Positions 1 through 10,169 are shown, counted from the first letter of the stretch. The stretch: DNA of 55,002 nt from Candidatus Argoarchaeum ethanivorans (GCA_905067555.1 CAJHIS010000003.1:1-55002), one strand, 5' to 3'. The notes: generated from the sequence alone by a model not told the origin. A program made the numbers and translations.

Positions 1-25
1 TGATGACACAACAAGTAATTAAGAG

Positions 26-658
26 ATGAGGCACACTCATTCGCTAATGAATACAAAGATGATAAAAATTCTTGGTATCTCAGCAAGCCCTCGCAAGGCT
101 GCAACAGATTATGTCGTAAGAAAGGCTCTAAAATATGCAGGTGAACTTGGAGCGGTTGAGACCAGGTATTTCTCTGTTCATAGAAAAGAGCTTAATTTCT
201 GCATCCACTGTGATCACTGCATCAGGAAAGATGGGTGCATATATAATGATAGAATGACCGAGCTCTATTCACTTCTTCTCTGGGCTGATGCAATTATCAT
301 TGGGACACCTGTTTATCAGGGAACAGTGAGTGGACAGGCAAAGGTTTTGATGGATCGATGTCGTGCTCTCGTTGCAAGGGACGTTCATGCACTCAGTGGC
401 AAGGTTGGAGCGGCTGTTGCTATTGGAGGAGATCGAAGCGGTGGCCAGGAGATTGCAATTCGAACGATCATTGACTTTTTCATCATTAACGAGATGATAC
501 CTGTTGGAGGTGGATCGTTTGGAGCAAATCTTGGAGCATCGATATGGTCAAAGGATAAGAAGGCAGAGGGAGCAGCGGCAGACAGCGTGGGTTTGGAGAG
601 CCTCTATAAGACAGTAAAGAGGCTTGTTGAGGCTTGCAGAATTTATAGAGGCCACTAA
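26..658 (+). CDS. Iron-sulfur flavoprotein / NADPH-dependent FMN reductase family (Isf-like)
   Basis: 210-aa ORF. Flavodoxin-like N-terminus KILGISASPRK, compact Cys cluster CIHCDHCIRKDGC, GTPVYQG motif. The true start may be the Met at 47 or 59. Confidence 0.8.
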   Translation: MRHTHSLMNTKMIKILGISASPRKAATDYVVRKALKYAGELGAVETRYFSVHRKELNFCIHCDHCIRKDGCIYNDRMTELYSLLLWADAIIIGTPVYQGTVSGQAKVLMDRCRALVARDVHALSGKVGAAVAIGGDRSGGQEIAIRTIIDFFIINEMIPVGGGSFGANLGASIWSKDKKAEGAAADSVGLESLYKTVKRLVEACRIYRGH

Positions 659-682
659 GAATATCTATAAAAACCGTATCTA

Positions 683-690
683 TTTTTTTT
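683..690 (+). terminator. Oligo-T tract (T8) between convergent genes
   Basis: T8 run about 25 nt after the Isf-like stop. Archaeal terminators are typically oligo-T. Weak, position-based call. Confidence 0.3.
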
Positions 691-708
691 GATATACAGC
701 AAAGATGA

Positions 709-1368
709 TTAAGACTTTTTCTCTATTCTAACAAGGGCAAAATACGTACTTTCAAGTTTCCTTACCGTCGTTGTAACTGAAGCATCTTCTATTCCTATTC
801 CTGCTTTTTTCATTGCATCTGGTATCAGTTTTTGTTTAACTTTTTCCCCTACATCTTCGCTGCCGGGTGCAAGTGTTAACACCAGTACACCATAAGGTAA
901 GAGTAAACTGAATGCATTTTTTATTACATCAGCGCTCAGATCCATCATATCCTCGTTGTAAATGTTCCATAGATGTGGGTTTGGTATGAACACACCAAAG
1001 GCTGCATGGACAATTACAATTTTATTGAATATATGTTTACAAAAGGGAAGTAATGGTGCTGCAGATCGCAAGAGTGAAACGTTGTGTTTATATGCAAGGT
1101 TTCTACTGGCTCGTTTCAACATGGTTTCACTTATATCGATGCCAACAGATGTATCAACCATCTCATTTATATATTCAAGAAACAAACCAGTTCCACAACC
1201 AATGTCCAAGAGCTTGTCACTTTGTTTAAGAGCAAGGTTTTCAAGTACCCATTCGTATTCACCAGCAGTCTTGCGTCTTTTTGCCTGCCAGTGTTCGTCA
1301 TCCGGGCTTCTGATACCCCAGCTATCTCTAACTTCTTCAAGTATAGCGTGAAGAGGATCCTTCTTCAA
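709..1368 (-). CDS. Class I SAM-dependent methyltransferase
   Basis: 219-aa ORF with SAM-binding motif I LLDIGCGTGLF. Lies 14 nt downstream of the helical-repeat gene on the same strand. Confidence 0.8.
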   Translation of the reverse strand: MKKDPLHAILEEVRDSWGIRSPDDEHWQAKRRKTAGEYEWVLENLALKQSDKLLDIGCGTGLFLEYINEMVDTSVGIDISETMLKRASRNLAYKHNVSLLRSAAPLLPFCKHIFNKIVIVHAAFGVFIPNPHLWNIYNEDMMDLSADVIKNAFSLLLPYGVLVLTLAPGSEDVGEKVKQKLIPDAMKKAGIGIEDASVTTTVRKLESTYFALVRIEKKS

Positions 1369-1381
1369 TTATTCCACAACC

Positions 1382-2656
1382 TTATTTTTGTTCTATAATT
1401 ACTCGTACTTCATTTATTTTTTCTTCTACACCTTCAACAGTTTCTCTTCGCATATTATCCCACCTTTCCCGCGGCGTCTCTGTTATAGTTGCATATTTCA
1501 ATGCTATCTCATAGTAGTTCAATGCAGTCTCATAATCCTTAAGCAAACGCATGTTATCGGCAGCATCAGAATAGTGTTCACAGACCACAAACATATTTCC
1601 CATAACGTATTCTATTTTTGCAGCAATTATATCGTATTCGGCAATCCTTCTAATTTCTTCAGAACTATCTTCAGGTTTTAAGTCCATAAAATAAAACATG
1701 TATTCGAGGCACTCAACAGCACGCATGTAGCATTTCTTTGACTCATCAAAATTGCCCAGCAATAAATGCATTTCAGCCAGTATTACGTTTAATCTCTCAG
1801 CTTCCAGGAATTTAAGATATTTCAAACTCTGTCGTGCATCACGTGCATCCTCTGTAATCATACTTAGCATAGAAAAAGGATCGGTGGATTTTTTCTCGAA
1901 CATATATTCAAGCAACAGGGGATGAACTTTAATTTTAACAGGCAATTTTATCTCTTCAATAGCTTTTGCCTTCTCTCTATCCTCATGCATAAAGTAATTC
2001 ATTTCCTTAATCTCGGTTGAACCGTAAATCTTATTATAGTACGAGTCTGCTTTATTGAACAACTCAATGCTTTTTAATGGATGCGTGATGTATACGTTAT
2101 TGCCTGCCACAGAATACTCATCAGCTATCCGCTTTTCATCAATATTCTTCTTTTCAGCCAGAAACCCGATAGCCTTTTCAATATTTACTAAATAGCCGCT
2201 ATAATCAAGCGTTGTTTTATGGTAATTTGCAGCCAGCCCATAGACTCTGTTTGCATACTCAAGAGAAGCGTCGGATTTGTTTTCTTTCGTGAGCCGATCA
2301 GAAGCATGTTCAATGCCGCGTTTTAAGGTTTTCTCGATCTCGATAACAAGCTCATCCGTTTTGCCAAGCTTCTTTGCAATCCACCAAGCATCAAGGTACC
2401 AGAAGATGTCGTCACTGTCCAGATCATAGGAAAGCTTGCCTATTTCAATATAAAGTTCAAAAGCCTTATCGAACTTGCCTGCCTCTACTGCCTCAGAAGC
2501 AGCCGAGGAAAGCACTTCACATGCATAGATGTCCCCTGCATTATAATATTGTATAGAAGCCAGCCGATATAGATCAATCCTTTCATTGAGCCGAGTTGCC
2601 TCTCTTGCTTCCTGTTCAAACTTTCTTGCATAATTTCTAAAACGTTCTTTGCTCAT
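1382..2656 (-). CDS. Hypothetical all-helical repeat (TPR-like) protein
   Basis: 424-aa ORF, uninterrupted. Repetitive helical Y/A/L-rich pattern (e.g. YNAGDIYA, ALNYYEIALKYA). No catalytic motif recognised. Confidence 0.6.
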   Translation of the reverse strand: MSKERFRNYARKFEQEAREATRLNERIDLYRLASIQYYNAGDIYACEVLSSAASEAVEAGKFDKAFELYIEIGKLSYDLDSDDIFWYLDAWWIAKKLGKTDELVIEIEKTLKRGIEHASDRLTKENKSDASLEYANRVYGLAANYHKTTLDYSGYLVNIEKAIGFLAEKKNIDEKRIADEYSVAGNNVYITHPLKSIELFNKADSYYNKIYGSTEIKEMNYFMHEDREKAKAIEEIKLPVKIKVHPLLLEYMFEKKSTDPFSMLSMITEDARDARQSLKYLKFLEAERLNVILAEMHLLLGNFDESKKCYMRAVECLEYMFYFMDLKPEDSSEEIRRIAEYDIIAAKIEYVMGNMFVVCEHYSDAADNMRLLKDYETALNYYEIALKYATITETPRERWDNMRRETVEGVEEKINEVRVIIEQK

Positions 2657-2738
2657 AGCTTAACTCACCGTATTAAATTATTAGTAGTAACTCTTACTGA
2701 TAACATCTACCCTTAATCTATCTTTCGCAACCACACAC

Positions 2739-2868
2739 CTGCAAAGCTCCGCTTTGCAGAAATGCCGATAACCTTTAATTCTCGATTGCGAAGCAATCGA
2801 GTGCGGAACAACAACGAAACCAAATTTCACAATTTCACAAACTATTATTGGCTACACACTTCGTGTGC
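2739..2868. repeat. Composite array of hairpin modules (C-B-D)
   Basis: ctgcaaagc-tcc-gctttgcag (2739-2759), ctcgattgc-gaa-gcaatcgag (2781-2801), cacac-ttc-gtgtg (about 2856-2868). The tail gtgcggaacaac is repeated after two of the modules. Intergenic. Confidence 0.85.
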
Positions 2869-3143
2869 GGAACAACGAGCCGTCAAGTAAGCTTTTTGGT
2901 TTAAAAGCCCATTTCTTTTTTGGGTATGATTGAATCAGACTAACATGATTACAAAAAGCCAGATAAAAATTCCAAGTCTGCTTAGGCAACACAGCTTCCC
3001 ATGACAAAACTAAAGAAGCATCAATAGAACAAAAAAGACCTGTCAAATTAGAAACCAGAACTTCTAAACCTAATCTGGTAGCTTCCTTTTCAGACAAAAC
3101 GTTTAACGAATTCTTTAAATAGTATTAACAAGTAGGACAAAAT

Positions 3144-3755
3144 GTGATTTCCAAGGATACAGAGTTTATGCTTAAAAAGGCTATTAGCTTCCATGGACAC
3201 CAGTGTCCAGGACTTGCAATGGGAATACGTGTGTCACAGGTTGCACTGCGAGAACTTGGAAAACCTTCCAAGGATGAAGAGATGGTTGCAATTGTTGAGA
3301 ACAACTCATGTGGCGTGGATGCGATTCAGGCACTCGTTGGCTGTACATTTGGCAAGGGAAACCTGATTTTCAATGATTTTGGTAAATATGTTTATACGTT
3401 TATGAACCGTGAAAATAACAGATCACTGAGAATTTCCATAAAAAAAGAGGCTGTTATAACAGATAAAAGACATTTGGAACTCTTTACTAAGGTCAAGGAG
3501 AAAACAGCAAGCCAGGATGAAATAGGTGAGTTTAAACAACTGCATATTAAAAAAAGTAACGAAATACTGAACTTACCTGAAGAGGATTTACTGATTATAA
3601 AAGAAGTTACTCCAGAACCGCTGCCCATGGCACTGATACATGAATCAGTGGAATGCGTCAGGTGTGGGGAGTCTGCGATGGAGACAAGGATCCGCTTGTT
3701 AAACGGTGAGCCGCACTGCATTCCATGCTTTAATGAATTAACAGAGACAGTGTAA
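3144..3755 (+). CDS. FmdE/FwdE-family protein with C-terminal zinc ribbon
   Basis: 203-aa ORF. FHGHQCPGLAMGIRV and SCGVDAIQ motifs typical of the formylmethanofuran dehydrogenase subunit E domain. C-terminal CVRCGES...CIPCF. Start is GTG 3144 or ATG 3168. Confidence 0.85.
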   Translation: MISKDTEFMLKKAISFHGHQCPGLAMGIRVSQVALRELGKPSKDEEMVAIVENNSCGVDAIQALVGCTFGKGNLIFNDFGKYVYTFMNRENNRSLRISIKKEAVITDKRHLELFTKVKEKTASQDEIGEFKQLHIKKSNEILNLPEEDLLIIKEVTPEPLPMALIHESVECVRCGESAMETRIRLLNGEPHCIPCFNELTETV

Positions 3756-3789
3756 TGAATATAAACAATTAATAAAAGAGGTAGAATAA

Positions 3790-5496
3790 ATGACTAATGT
3801 GAAACAAATACTGATTGCAGCTTCAATCATTTGCCTGTGTATATCTACATCGGTAATAAGTGCTGCATCTGAAAAAGAAATTAGAATTGCAGACAAAGCT
3901 GGCGATTGGGGGTATCCATCCCCGTATCTTTCTTATGCAAGAGGTCCTGGATACGTGAGGATGCAGTTTATCTTTGATACGCTGGTATGGAAGAATGAAA
4001 CCAATGGTCCAATTCCACACTTAGCAGAAAACTGGGAATACCTGAAAAATGAAGATGCCTATGTCTTTAATCTGGTAGAAAATGCAAAATGGCACGATGG
4101 GACGCCAGTAACTGCCAGTGATGTTGCTTTTACCATACACTACATGAAAGAACACCCTTATGGCTGGGTCGTACTCGATCGAGTGGATCGGGCAGAGGCG
4201 GTCGATAAATACACGGTAAAGATCTATATGAGCGGCTCGTATGCGCCATTCATGGAGGATATTGGCGGCACAATGCCAATCCTCCCAGAGCACATCTGGA
4301 AGGATGTTGAAAATCCGATGGACTACGTGGAACCTGGTGCGTTTGTAGGGTCTGGTCCATTCAAGTATGCTGATTTCAGCAAGGAGCATGGAACATACAA
4401 GTATGAGGCATTCGATGAATACTATCTCGGTAAGCCAATTATTGATCAATTGATCTATGTGAAAACTGGCGATCCGCAGATGGCATTGCAGCGCGGCGAA
4501 GTTGACTTTGCATCGATAAAATCCGAGATGGTGGACACCATGACAGAGAAAGGTTTTATCGTTATAGCAGGTCCGCATTACTGGAACAAGAAACTGATGA
4601 TTAACCACAACAAGCAGCCTCTTGATAATATCATATTCAGACAGGCACTGGCTTATGCGATTAACCAGAGCGAGTTTGTGGATAAATCACTTAGAGGATA
4701 CGGAAAGCCTGCGAGTTATGGGTTAATTTCAAGTGAGAGTGTGTGGGCAAGTCCGAATGTTCCGGATTATCCCTACAATCCCGAAAAAGCAAAAGAACTG
4801 ATTGAATCACTTGGTTATGAATGGGACAATGGTGTCTTCATAAAGGATAAAAAGCCCCTCAAACTTCAGGTACTGGTCTCGATGATTGGGGTTGGCGGGC
4901 AGCCTGCACCTGATCGGGATGGAGAAATCCTGAAAGATCAGCTTGAAAAAGTCGGGATAGAAGTTGAGTTGACATCCCTTGATACGAAGATGGTCGATAA
5001 GAAGGTGATAAACTGGAATTTTGATCTTGCAATATCCGGACACGGTGGCATTGGTGCCGATCCAAAGATTCTCTATGAAAAGACAATCCAGGTTCCAGGT
5101 TCCAAGCCAAGTCCGAATACTGCCAGATACAACAAGAGCGAGGAGTTAAATGAATGCTTCGATTCTCTGATGCATGAGATGGATGCTTCAAAAAGACTTG
5201 AAGCAGTTCATGAGGCACAGAACGTTTATGCCAGAGAACTTCCTGCAATTTCCCTGTATTACCCGACATGGTATTATGCCTACAATCCGGATGCTGGTGT
5301 TGAGTGGTTCTACACCATCGGAGGAATTGCCAAAGGAATCCCAATCCCGCAGAACAAACTTGCACTGATTGTGGCTGGAGCAGAAGAAGGCACAACAGCA
5401 ACTACTCAGAAGGAGCAGCAGGAAAGCCCAATCATATCCTTTTCGATGATGATTGCAATACTGATTCTTGTTGCATTTTATCTCAAGCGACACTGA
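3790..5496 (+). CDS. ABC transporter substrate-binding protein, family 5 (peptide/nickel type), membrane anchored
   Basis: 568-aa ORF. N-terminal signal sequence and C-terminal hydrophobic anchor IISFSMMIAILILVAFYLKRH. SBP-5-like core (AENWEY..., GSGPFKY). Confidence 0.85.
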   Translation: MTNVKQILIAASIICLCISTSVISAASEKEIRIADKAGDWGYPSPYLSYARGPGYVRMQFIFDTLVWKNETNGPIPHLAENWEYLKNEDAYVFNLVENAKWHDGTPVTASDVAFTIHYMKEHPYGWVVLDRVDRAEAVDKYTVKIYMSGSYAPFMEDIGGTMPILPEHIWKDVENPMDYVEPGAFVGSGPFKYADFSKEHGTYKYEAFDEYYLGKPIIDQLIYVKTGDPQMALQRGEVDFASIKSEMVDTMTEKGFIVIAGPHYWNKKLMINHNKQPLDNIIFRQALAYAINQSEFVDKSLRGYGKPASYGLISSESVWASPNVPDYPYNPEKAKELIESLGYEWDNGVFIKDKKPLKLQVLVSMIGVGGQPAPDRDGEILKDQLEKVGIEVELTSLDTKMVDKKVINWNFDLAISGHGGIGADPKILYEKTIQVPGSKPSPNTARYNKSEELNECFDSLMHEMDASKRLEAVHEAQNVYARELPAISLYYPTWYYAYNPDAGVEWFYTIGGIAKGIPIPQNKLALIVAGAEEGTTATTQKEQQESPIISFSMMIAILILVAFYLKRH

Positions 5497-5515
5497 AGGA
5501 AGAAGCAGATAGAAA

Positions 5516-6490
5516 ATGAGGAACAGAACGACAAAGATCGTAACGATTTATCTGCTGACCATATTTTTCCTTCTTTTCCTCAATTTTTTACTGCCACGCC
5601 TTCTTCCTGGCGATGTAATCCTTGCCATGTATAGTGGCTACGAGGTTACAATCACTGATGAGTTATACAACGAACTTGTCCAGATGCATGGGCTTGATAA
5701 ACCACTTCATGTACAGTTTTTTATATATTTGGTGCAGCTTGCACATGGAAATCTTGGATATTCATACATCTGCCATGCACCAACAACCACACTCATCATG
5801 AATGCACTGCCATGGACAGTGCTTCTTGTCTGCACCTCGTTTGTTCTCTCAGCAATTATTGGAATGATACTTGGTGTAGAAAGTTCCTGGGTGCGGGGTA
5901 GAAGAGCTGATCAGTCATTACTGGTTTCAATGCTGGTTGTTGATGGCGTCCCTTCCTTGGCTATAGGAATCCTTTTTCTTACCATCTTTAGTTTGTATGG
6001 TGGATGGTTTCCAACATCCGGGGCAATGACGCCATACTCGAATCTTGCAGGAATCGCACACATCAAAGATATCCTCTGGCATCTGATACTGCCACTTACA
6101 ACGCTCACTCTTTCCCAGATTCCAGGCGATTATCTTCTGATCAGAAACAGCATGATACTGACGATTCGTGAGCCTTATGTACTCACTGCCCGTGCAAAAG
6201 GCATTAAAGAGAGAAAAATAAAGTATTTTCATGCTGCAAGAAATGCGATGCTACCGTTTTTTACACGCATCGGTATCAGGCTTGCTTATGTGATTACCGG
6301 TGTACTTTTCATTGAAACGATCTTTGCATATCCAGGGCTTGGGCTTCTAACGTACAATGCAATATCAAATCGTGACCTTCCACTGCTGCAAGGAATTCTC
6401 ACCGTATCGGTCTTGCTGGTACTTTTAATCAACATTGTTGTGGATTTGCTCTATAAAAAGATAGATCCGAGGGTTGAATATGCATATTAG
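5516..6490 (+). CDS. ABC transporter permease (DppB/NikB-like)
   Basis: 324-aa multi-TM ORF with the EAA-loop-like region REPYVLTARAKGIKERKI. Overlaps the next permease gene. Confidence 0.85.
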   Translation: MRNRTTKIVTIYLLTIFFLLFLNFLLPRLLPGDVILAMYSGYEVTITDELYNELVQMHGLDKPLHVQFFIYLVQLAHGNLGYSYICHAPTTTLIMNALPWTVLLVCTSFVLSAIIGMILGVESSWVRGRRADQSLLVSMLVVDGVPSLAIGILFLTIFSLYGGWFPTSGAMTPYSNLAGIAHIKDILWHLILPLTTLTLSQIPGDYLLIRNSMILTIREPYVLTARAKGIKERKIKYFHAARNAMLPFFTRIGIRLAYVITGVLFIETIFAYPGLGLLTYNAISNRDLPLLQGILTVSVLLVLLINIVVDLLYKKIDPRVEYAY

Positions 6491-7334
6491 ACCGTTTCGA
6501 GAATTTAAAAGAAATAGAATCGGTGTTACCGGGCTTGTAATGTTTTTGCTGCTCTCAACAACAGCCATCCTTGCCCCGGCAATCGCACCACACGATCCAT
6601 GGGATTACTCGGATAGATCATTCCAGCCATCATCAATGAACCACTTGCTTGGAACCAATGACATTGGCTATGACATATTCAGTGAACTCTTGTGGGCACT
6701 CAGAACATCGGTATTCTTTGGGGTCTCGGTTGCAGCGATCGCATGCACGATCGGGCTCATACTCGGTGTTTCAGCAGCACTGGTTGGTGGACTATACGAT
6801 CTCGTGGTTATGAGAATTGTTGATGCACTGCTTGCGATACCTTCGATTTTAGTACTGATATTGATTGCGGCCTACTTCAGACCGTCCACAATGATTTTAG
6901 TAATCACGCTTTCACTTATTATCTGGCAGACCATAGCAAGAGGAGTTCGCGCTCAAACACTCTCACTCAAGACAAAACTCCATATAAAAGCAGCAAGGAA
7001 CATGGGAGCATCGACCGTTTATATTATGCGCAAACATATCTTACCAGAGCTGTTTCCACTCTATGCGATGGGTTTTGTCACAAAAGCACGGATTGCAGTA
7101 TTCATGGAAGCAGGTCTTTCGTTTCTTGGAATATTTGATCCTACAACAAAAAGTCTTGGAATTATGATGAGTTATGCGATGCGATACCTGTATCTCGATG
7201 TATGGTTCAACTGGCTTCTGCCGGCAGTTCTCTCACTTTCAATGCTTATCGTTTCTCTTGCTCTTATTTCTTATGCAATAGAGGAAATATTCGATCCAAG
7301 ACTTAAAGGAGGGAATAATGCCGCTACAGTTTAA
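6474..7334 (+). CDS. ABC transporter permease (DppC/NikC-like)
   Basis: 286-aa multi-TM ORF with the motif KAARNMGAS. Overlaps both neighbouring genes. Confidence 0.85.
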   Translation: MNMHIRPFREFKRNRIGVTGLVMFLLLSTTAILAPAIAPHDPWDYSDRSFQPSSMNHLLGTNDIGYDIFSELLWALRTSVFFGVSVAAIACTIGLILGVSAALVGGLYDLVVMRIVDALLAIPSILVLILIAAYFRPSTMILVITLSLIIWQTIARGVRAQTLSLKTKLHIKAARNMGASTVYIMRKHILPELFPLYAMGFVTKARIAVFMEAGLSFLGIFDPTTKSLGIMMSYAMRYLYLDVWFNWLLPAVLSLSMLIVSLALISYAIEEIFDPRLKGGNNAATV

Positions 7335-9024
7335 GAATCTGAATGTAAAATATAGATTATCTGGCGCAGAGGATAATACGATAACTGCCCTGAATAATAT
7401 ATCTCTTAAAATAAATGAAGGGGAGTGTGTTTCTATAGTTGGGGAGTCCGGCTCCGGGAAGACCACACTTGCGCTTGCATCCATGAAACTCCTGTCTCAA
7501 AATGCCATAATGACAGGATCGGTTGTGATCAATGGTGTCGATACAAGTAGGTTATCCAATGAAGAGATGAGAAAAATCAGATGGAATGAAATTTCTATCG
7601 TGTTTCAGAATTATGGGGACGTGCTAAACCCGGTTCACAAAATTATCAACCAGGTTGCTGAACCGTTGATCAAGAATGGAGAATCTCGAAATACCGCTCT
7701 CGATAAATCCGGCAGGATGCTTGATTACATGAAGATCAAGACAGGACGCAGCATGCTGTATCCGCATCAGCTCAGTGCCGGGGAACGGCAGCGAGTTCTC
7801 ATGGCGATGGCACTAATTACTGACCCAAAGATGCTTGTCCTGGATGAACCTGTTGCATCCGTTGATGCAATAACAAAATTATATCTTGCAGAAGTGATAA
7901 GAAAACAGGTGAACCTTGGGAAAGCAGTTCTTCTGATAACCCACGATCTTTCTTTTGCAGCACTGTGTTCTGATTACACCGTAGTTTTGTACTCTGGCAA
8001 TATATTAGAATCTCTGCCATCGGGAGAGCTTCTGGATGCACCGCGTCATCCATACACACGAGCACTTGTCCGCTCGTTTCCTGTAATGGAACGTGCTAAA
8101 GACCTTGCTGGTATAAGAGGTGCTCCGCCATCACAGACCAGTACACCAAAGGGATGCATCTTCCAGCCAAGATGTACACAATCAATCGATGTCTGTTTAG
8201 AGAGGCGTCCACAAGCAGTCTCAACAATCGGAGGCGGTGTTGTCGTTTGCCATCGTGGCGGCATTGCGACAATGATCTCTGTTGAAAACATCTCAAAATC
8301 CTATAAAGATATTGAGGTACTAAAGGATGTTTCACTCAAACTCGATGAAGGTGAGATACTTGCACTTGTTGGAGAGACCGGCTCTGGGAAAACCACACTT
8401 GCATATCTTATTGCAGGTACAATCAAACCGGATGGCGGAAAAATTATCTTTCGAGAGAAGGGGCTTGATAAGATTGATCGAAAAGAATTTGCAAAGATGG
8501 TAGGAATTGTTTACCAATCTCCAAGAGACTCGATCAGCCACCGATTCAACGTATTTGAAGCAATCGCAGAACCTCTTGTCATACACAAGGTATTCGATGA
8601 TAAATCCGATGGTAAGATCAAGAATGCTCTAAAAGAGGTGCAGCTGCCGGTTGATGATTATTTTATACGAAAATATCCGCATGAATTAAGCGGGGGTGAG
8701 CTTCAAAGGGTTGCTATAGCACGAGCACTGATACTTGAGCCGGATTTACTCATCGCCGATGAGTCCACATCTTTTCTTGATCCAAGTGTCCAGGCAAAGA
8801 TTCTAAGACTTCTTCTGAATCTTCAGAACGAGCGTGGGATCTCTATGATCTTTGTGACACACGATATTGGAGTTGCACGCAAGGTAAGCGATCGCATTGC
8901 AGTGCTCCATGACGGCAGGATTGTGGAGAATTCCCCAACACACCATGTTATCGAAAATCCGCAGCATGAGTACACGAAAAGATTGATTGATGCAGTAAAA
9001 AGCAGTAAAATTTCAGATCTATAA
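7318..9024 (+). CDS. Fused double ATP-binding cassette protein (DppD/DppF-like)
   Basis: 568 aa. Two Walker A motifs (GESGSGKTT, GETGSGKTT), two signature motifs (LSAGERQR, LSGGELQR), two Walker B motifs. Confidence 0.9.
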   Translation: MPLQFKNLNVKYRLSGAEDNTITALNNISLKINEGECVSIVGESGSGKTTLALASMKLLSQNAIMTGSVVINGVDTSRLSNEEMRKIRWNEISIVFQNYGDVLNPVHKIINQVAEPLIKNGESRNTALDKSGRMLDYMKIKTGRSMLYPHQLSAGERQRVLMAMALITDPKMLVLDEPVASVDAITKLYLAEVIRKQVNLGKAVLLITHDLSFAALCSDYTVVLYSGNILESLPSGELLDAPRHPYTRALVRSFPVMERAKDLAGIRGAPPSQTSTPKGCIFQPRCTQSIDVCLERRPQAVSTIGGGVVVCHRGGIATMISVENISKSYKDIEVLKDVSLKLDEGEILALVGETGSGKTTLAYLIAGTIKPDGGKIIFREKGLDKIDRKEFAKMVGIVYQSPRDSISHRFNVFEAIAEPLVIHKVFDDKSDGKIKNALKEVQLPVDDYFIRKYPHELSGGELQRVAIARALILEPDLLIADESTSFLDPSVQAKILRLLLNLQNERGISMIFVTHDIGVARKVSDRIAVLHDGRIVENSPTHHVIENPQHEYTKRLIDAVKSSKISDL

Positions 9025-9311
9025 AAAAATATGGGGGGGAGTCGTTAGGTTTGTCACGCTGTCTGGTGTTGACACTGTTTTGAAGCTATTGTTGATTCAA
9101 GTCTTGTGGACGCTGCTCCCTGGTTTAAATATGAAAGATATCCCAAATTTCAATCGCAACACCACGTAATGTGACCGCCCATGCGGCTACAAATATTTAT
9201 ATAGACGTCAACGAGTGTTGATAACAGACAGCGTCTGAAAGTTGTGCTTACAATGCAGCAAAATAAATTAATGGAATTGACACCTGTAAAAATCTTGTAG
9301 AGGGAGTTTAG

Positions 9312-9575
9312 ATGGATAAAGAAGAAATTATAAAGATAATCAGAGATGAAGTTTCAAAGGAATTTGGAGCAGAAAGGATCAAGGATGTTGAATATTTTGG
9401 ACCTTATGAAAAGGAGGACCTTGATGTAATCGTCTATGTTGAAGGGATCAATGAGCGTAACGATACCATGGGCGTGAGAATGCGCCTCTTTGATATGTTC
9501 CTTGAGATGGATATTGATGTTCTGCTTCGCATAGAGAGAACGAAGGACGACATGTGCAAGGAGGTGGCAGCATGA
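9312..9575 (+). CDS. Small hypothetical protein, possibly a degenerate minimal nucleotidyltransferase fold
   Basis: 87-aa ORF preceded by gagggag. FGPYEKEDLDVIVYVEG resembles the G-S...D-x-D NTase motif but is degenerate. Confidence 0.4.
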   Translation: MDKEEIIKIIRDEVSKEFGAERIKDVEYFGPYEKEDLDVIVYVEGINERNDTMGVRMRLFDMFLEMDIDVLLRIERTKDDMCKEVAA

Positions 9576-9582
9576 CCCATCC

Positions 9583-9840
9583 GTGTCAGCGATCGCGGTG
9601 CTGGTGGCTGCGGCTCTTGTGGTGGTGCTTGCAGCGGGTGTGGGGGCGGCTGATGAGGGGCTGGTTGCGGAGTGGCACTTCGATGAAGGGGCTGGGGGCG
9701 TTCTGGTGGATAGTTCTGGAAATGGGAATGATGGCACGATTTATGGGGCGACGTGGACGGAGAGAGTTTCTCGGTTGCAGTTGGAGCTGTTCCAGCGGTA
9801 TCTTTACATCCAGCGGCAGTGCTGTGATAAACGGAGCTAG
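9583..9840 (+). pseudogene. Relic of a secreted LamG/concanavalin-like domain protein (N-terminal fragment only)
   Basis: Signal-like AIAVLVAAALVVVLAAG followed by EWHFDEGAGGVLVDSSGNGNDGTIYGATW, a typical LamG-domain start. The reading frame then decays and stops. Sits in a local GC-rich patch. Confidence 0.4.
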
Positions 9841-9919
9841 GAACACAACATTTGACTTCCAGATCCCAGCAGACTCGTTTAATATAGCCCAACTTTGACA
9901 GTTGTGGTTTATTATGAGT

Positions 9920-9966
9920 GTCCTCAGTTGAGTTTGGTTTATGTTTAGTCAAACGAGACTGAGGAC
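9920..9966. repeat. Inverted repeat / long hairpin
   Basis: gtcctcagt (9920-9928) and actgaggac (9958-9966), a 9-bp perfect inverted repeat with a 29-nt spacer that has further internal complementarity (gtttg/caaac). Confidence 0.6.
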
Positions 9967-10169
9967 GTTTGGTATTACTCCGAATGATAATATTTGTTTT
10001 CCTGTTGGGACGATCTTTGCTGTTTAGGGGCAGTATGAAAAACTTGGTTTTCCTGCTGTCTTTGGCAAGTATAAGAAGGGGGTAGGGATTTAAATTCGTT
10101 GATAATGGCTCTTGTGAGCTATAAGCTTACTGAGAATTTTAGTATTAGTGGAGCTGGGTGAGTGGATTA

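Noticed and set aside
962-1681. Plus-strand ORFs of 129, 104 and 97 aa overlapping the methyltransferase and helical-repeat genes
   Set aside because: They are antisense to better-supported genes and have low-complexity hydrophobic translations.
2852-3097. 81-aa ORF; likewise 13906-14244 (112 aa) and 24218-24442 (74 aa)
   Set aside because: All three span the hairpin-module arrays in intergenic regions and have no motifs or start signals.
4021-5493. Several 60-195-aa antisense or off-frame ORFs within the ABC substrate-binding protein gene. Similar ones occur inside the permease, ATPase, GH65 and aglB genes.
   Set aside because: They are embedded in longer ORFs with clear family motifs and have no independent support.
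9354-9952. Long Pro/Ala/Ser/Thr-rich minus-strand ORFs (127, 172 and 86 aa) and the plus-strand 114-aa ORF
   Set aside because: They overlap each other in a GC-rich patch, have low-complexity composition and no start context. They are typical stop-codon-poor GC artefacts around the LamG relic.
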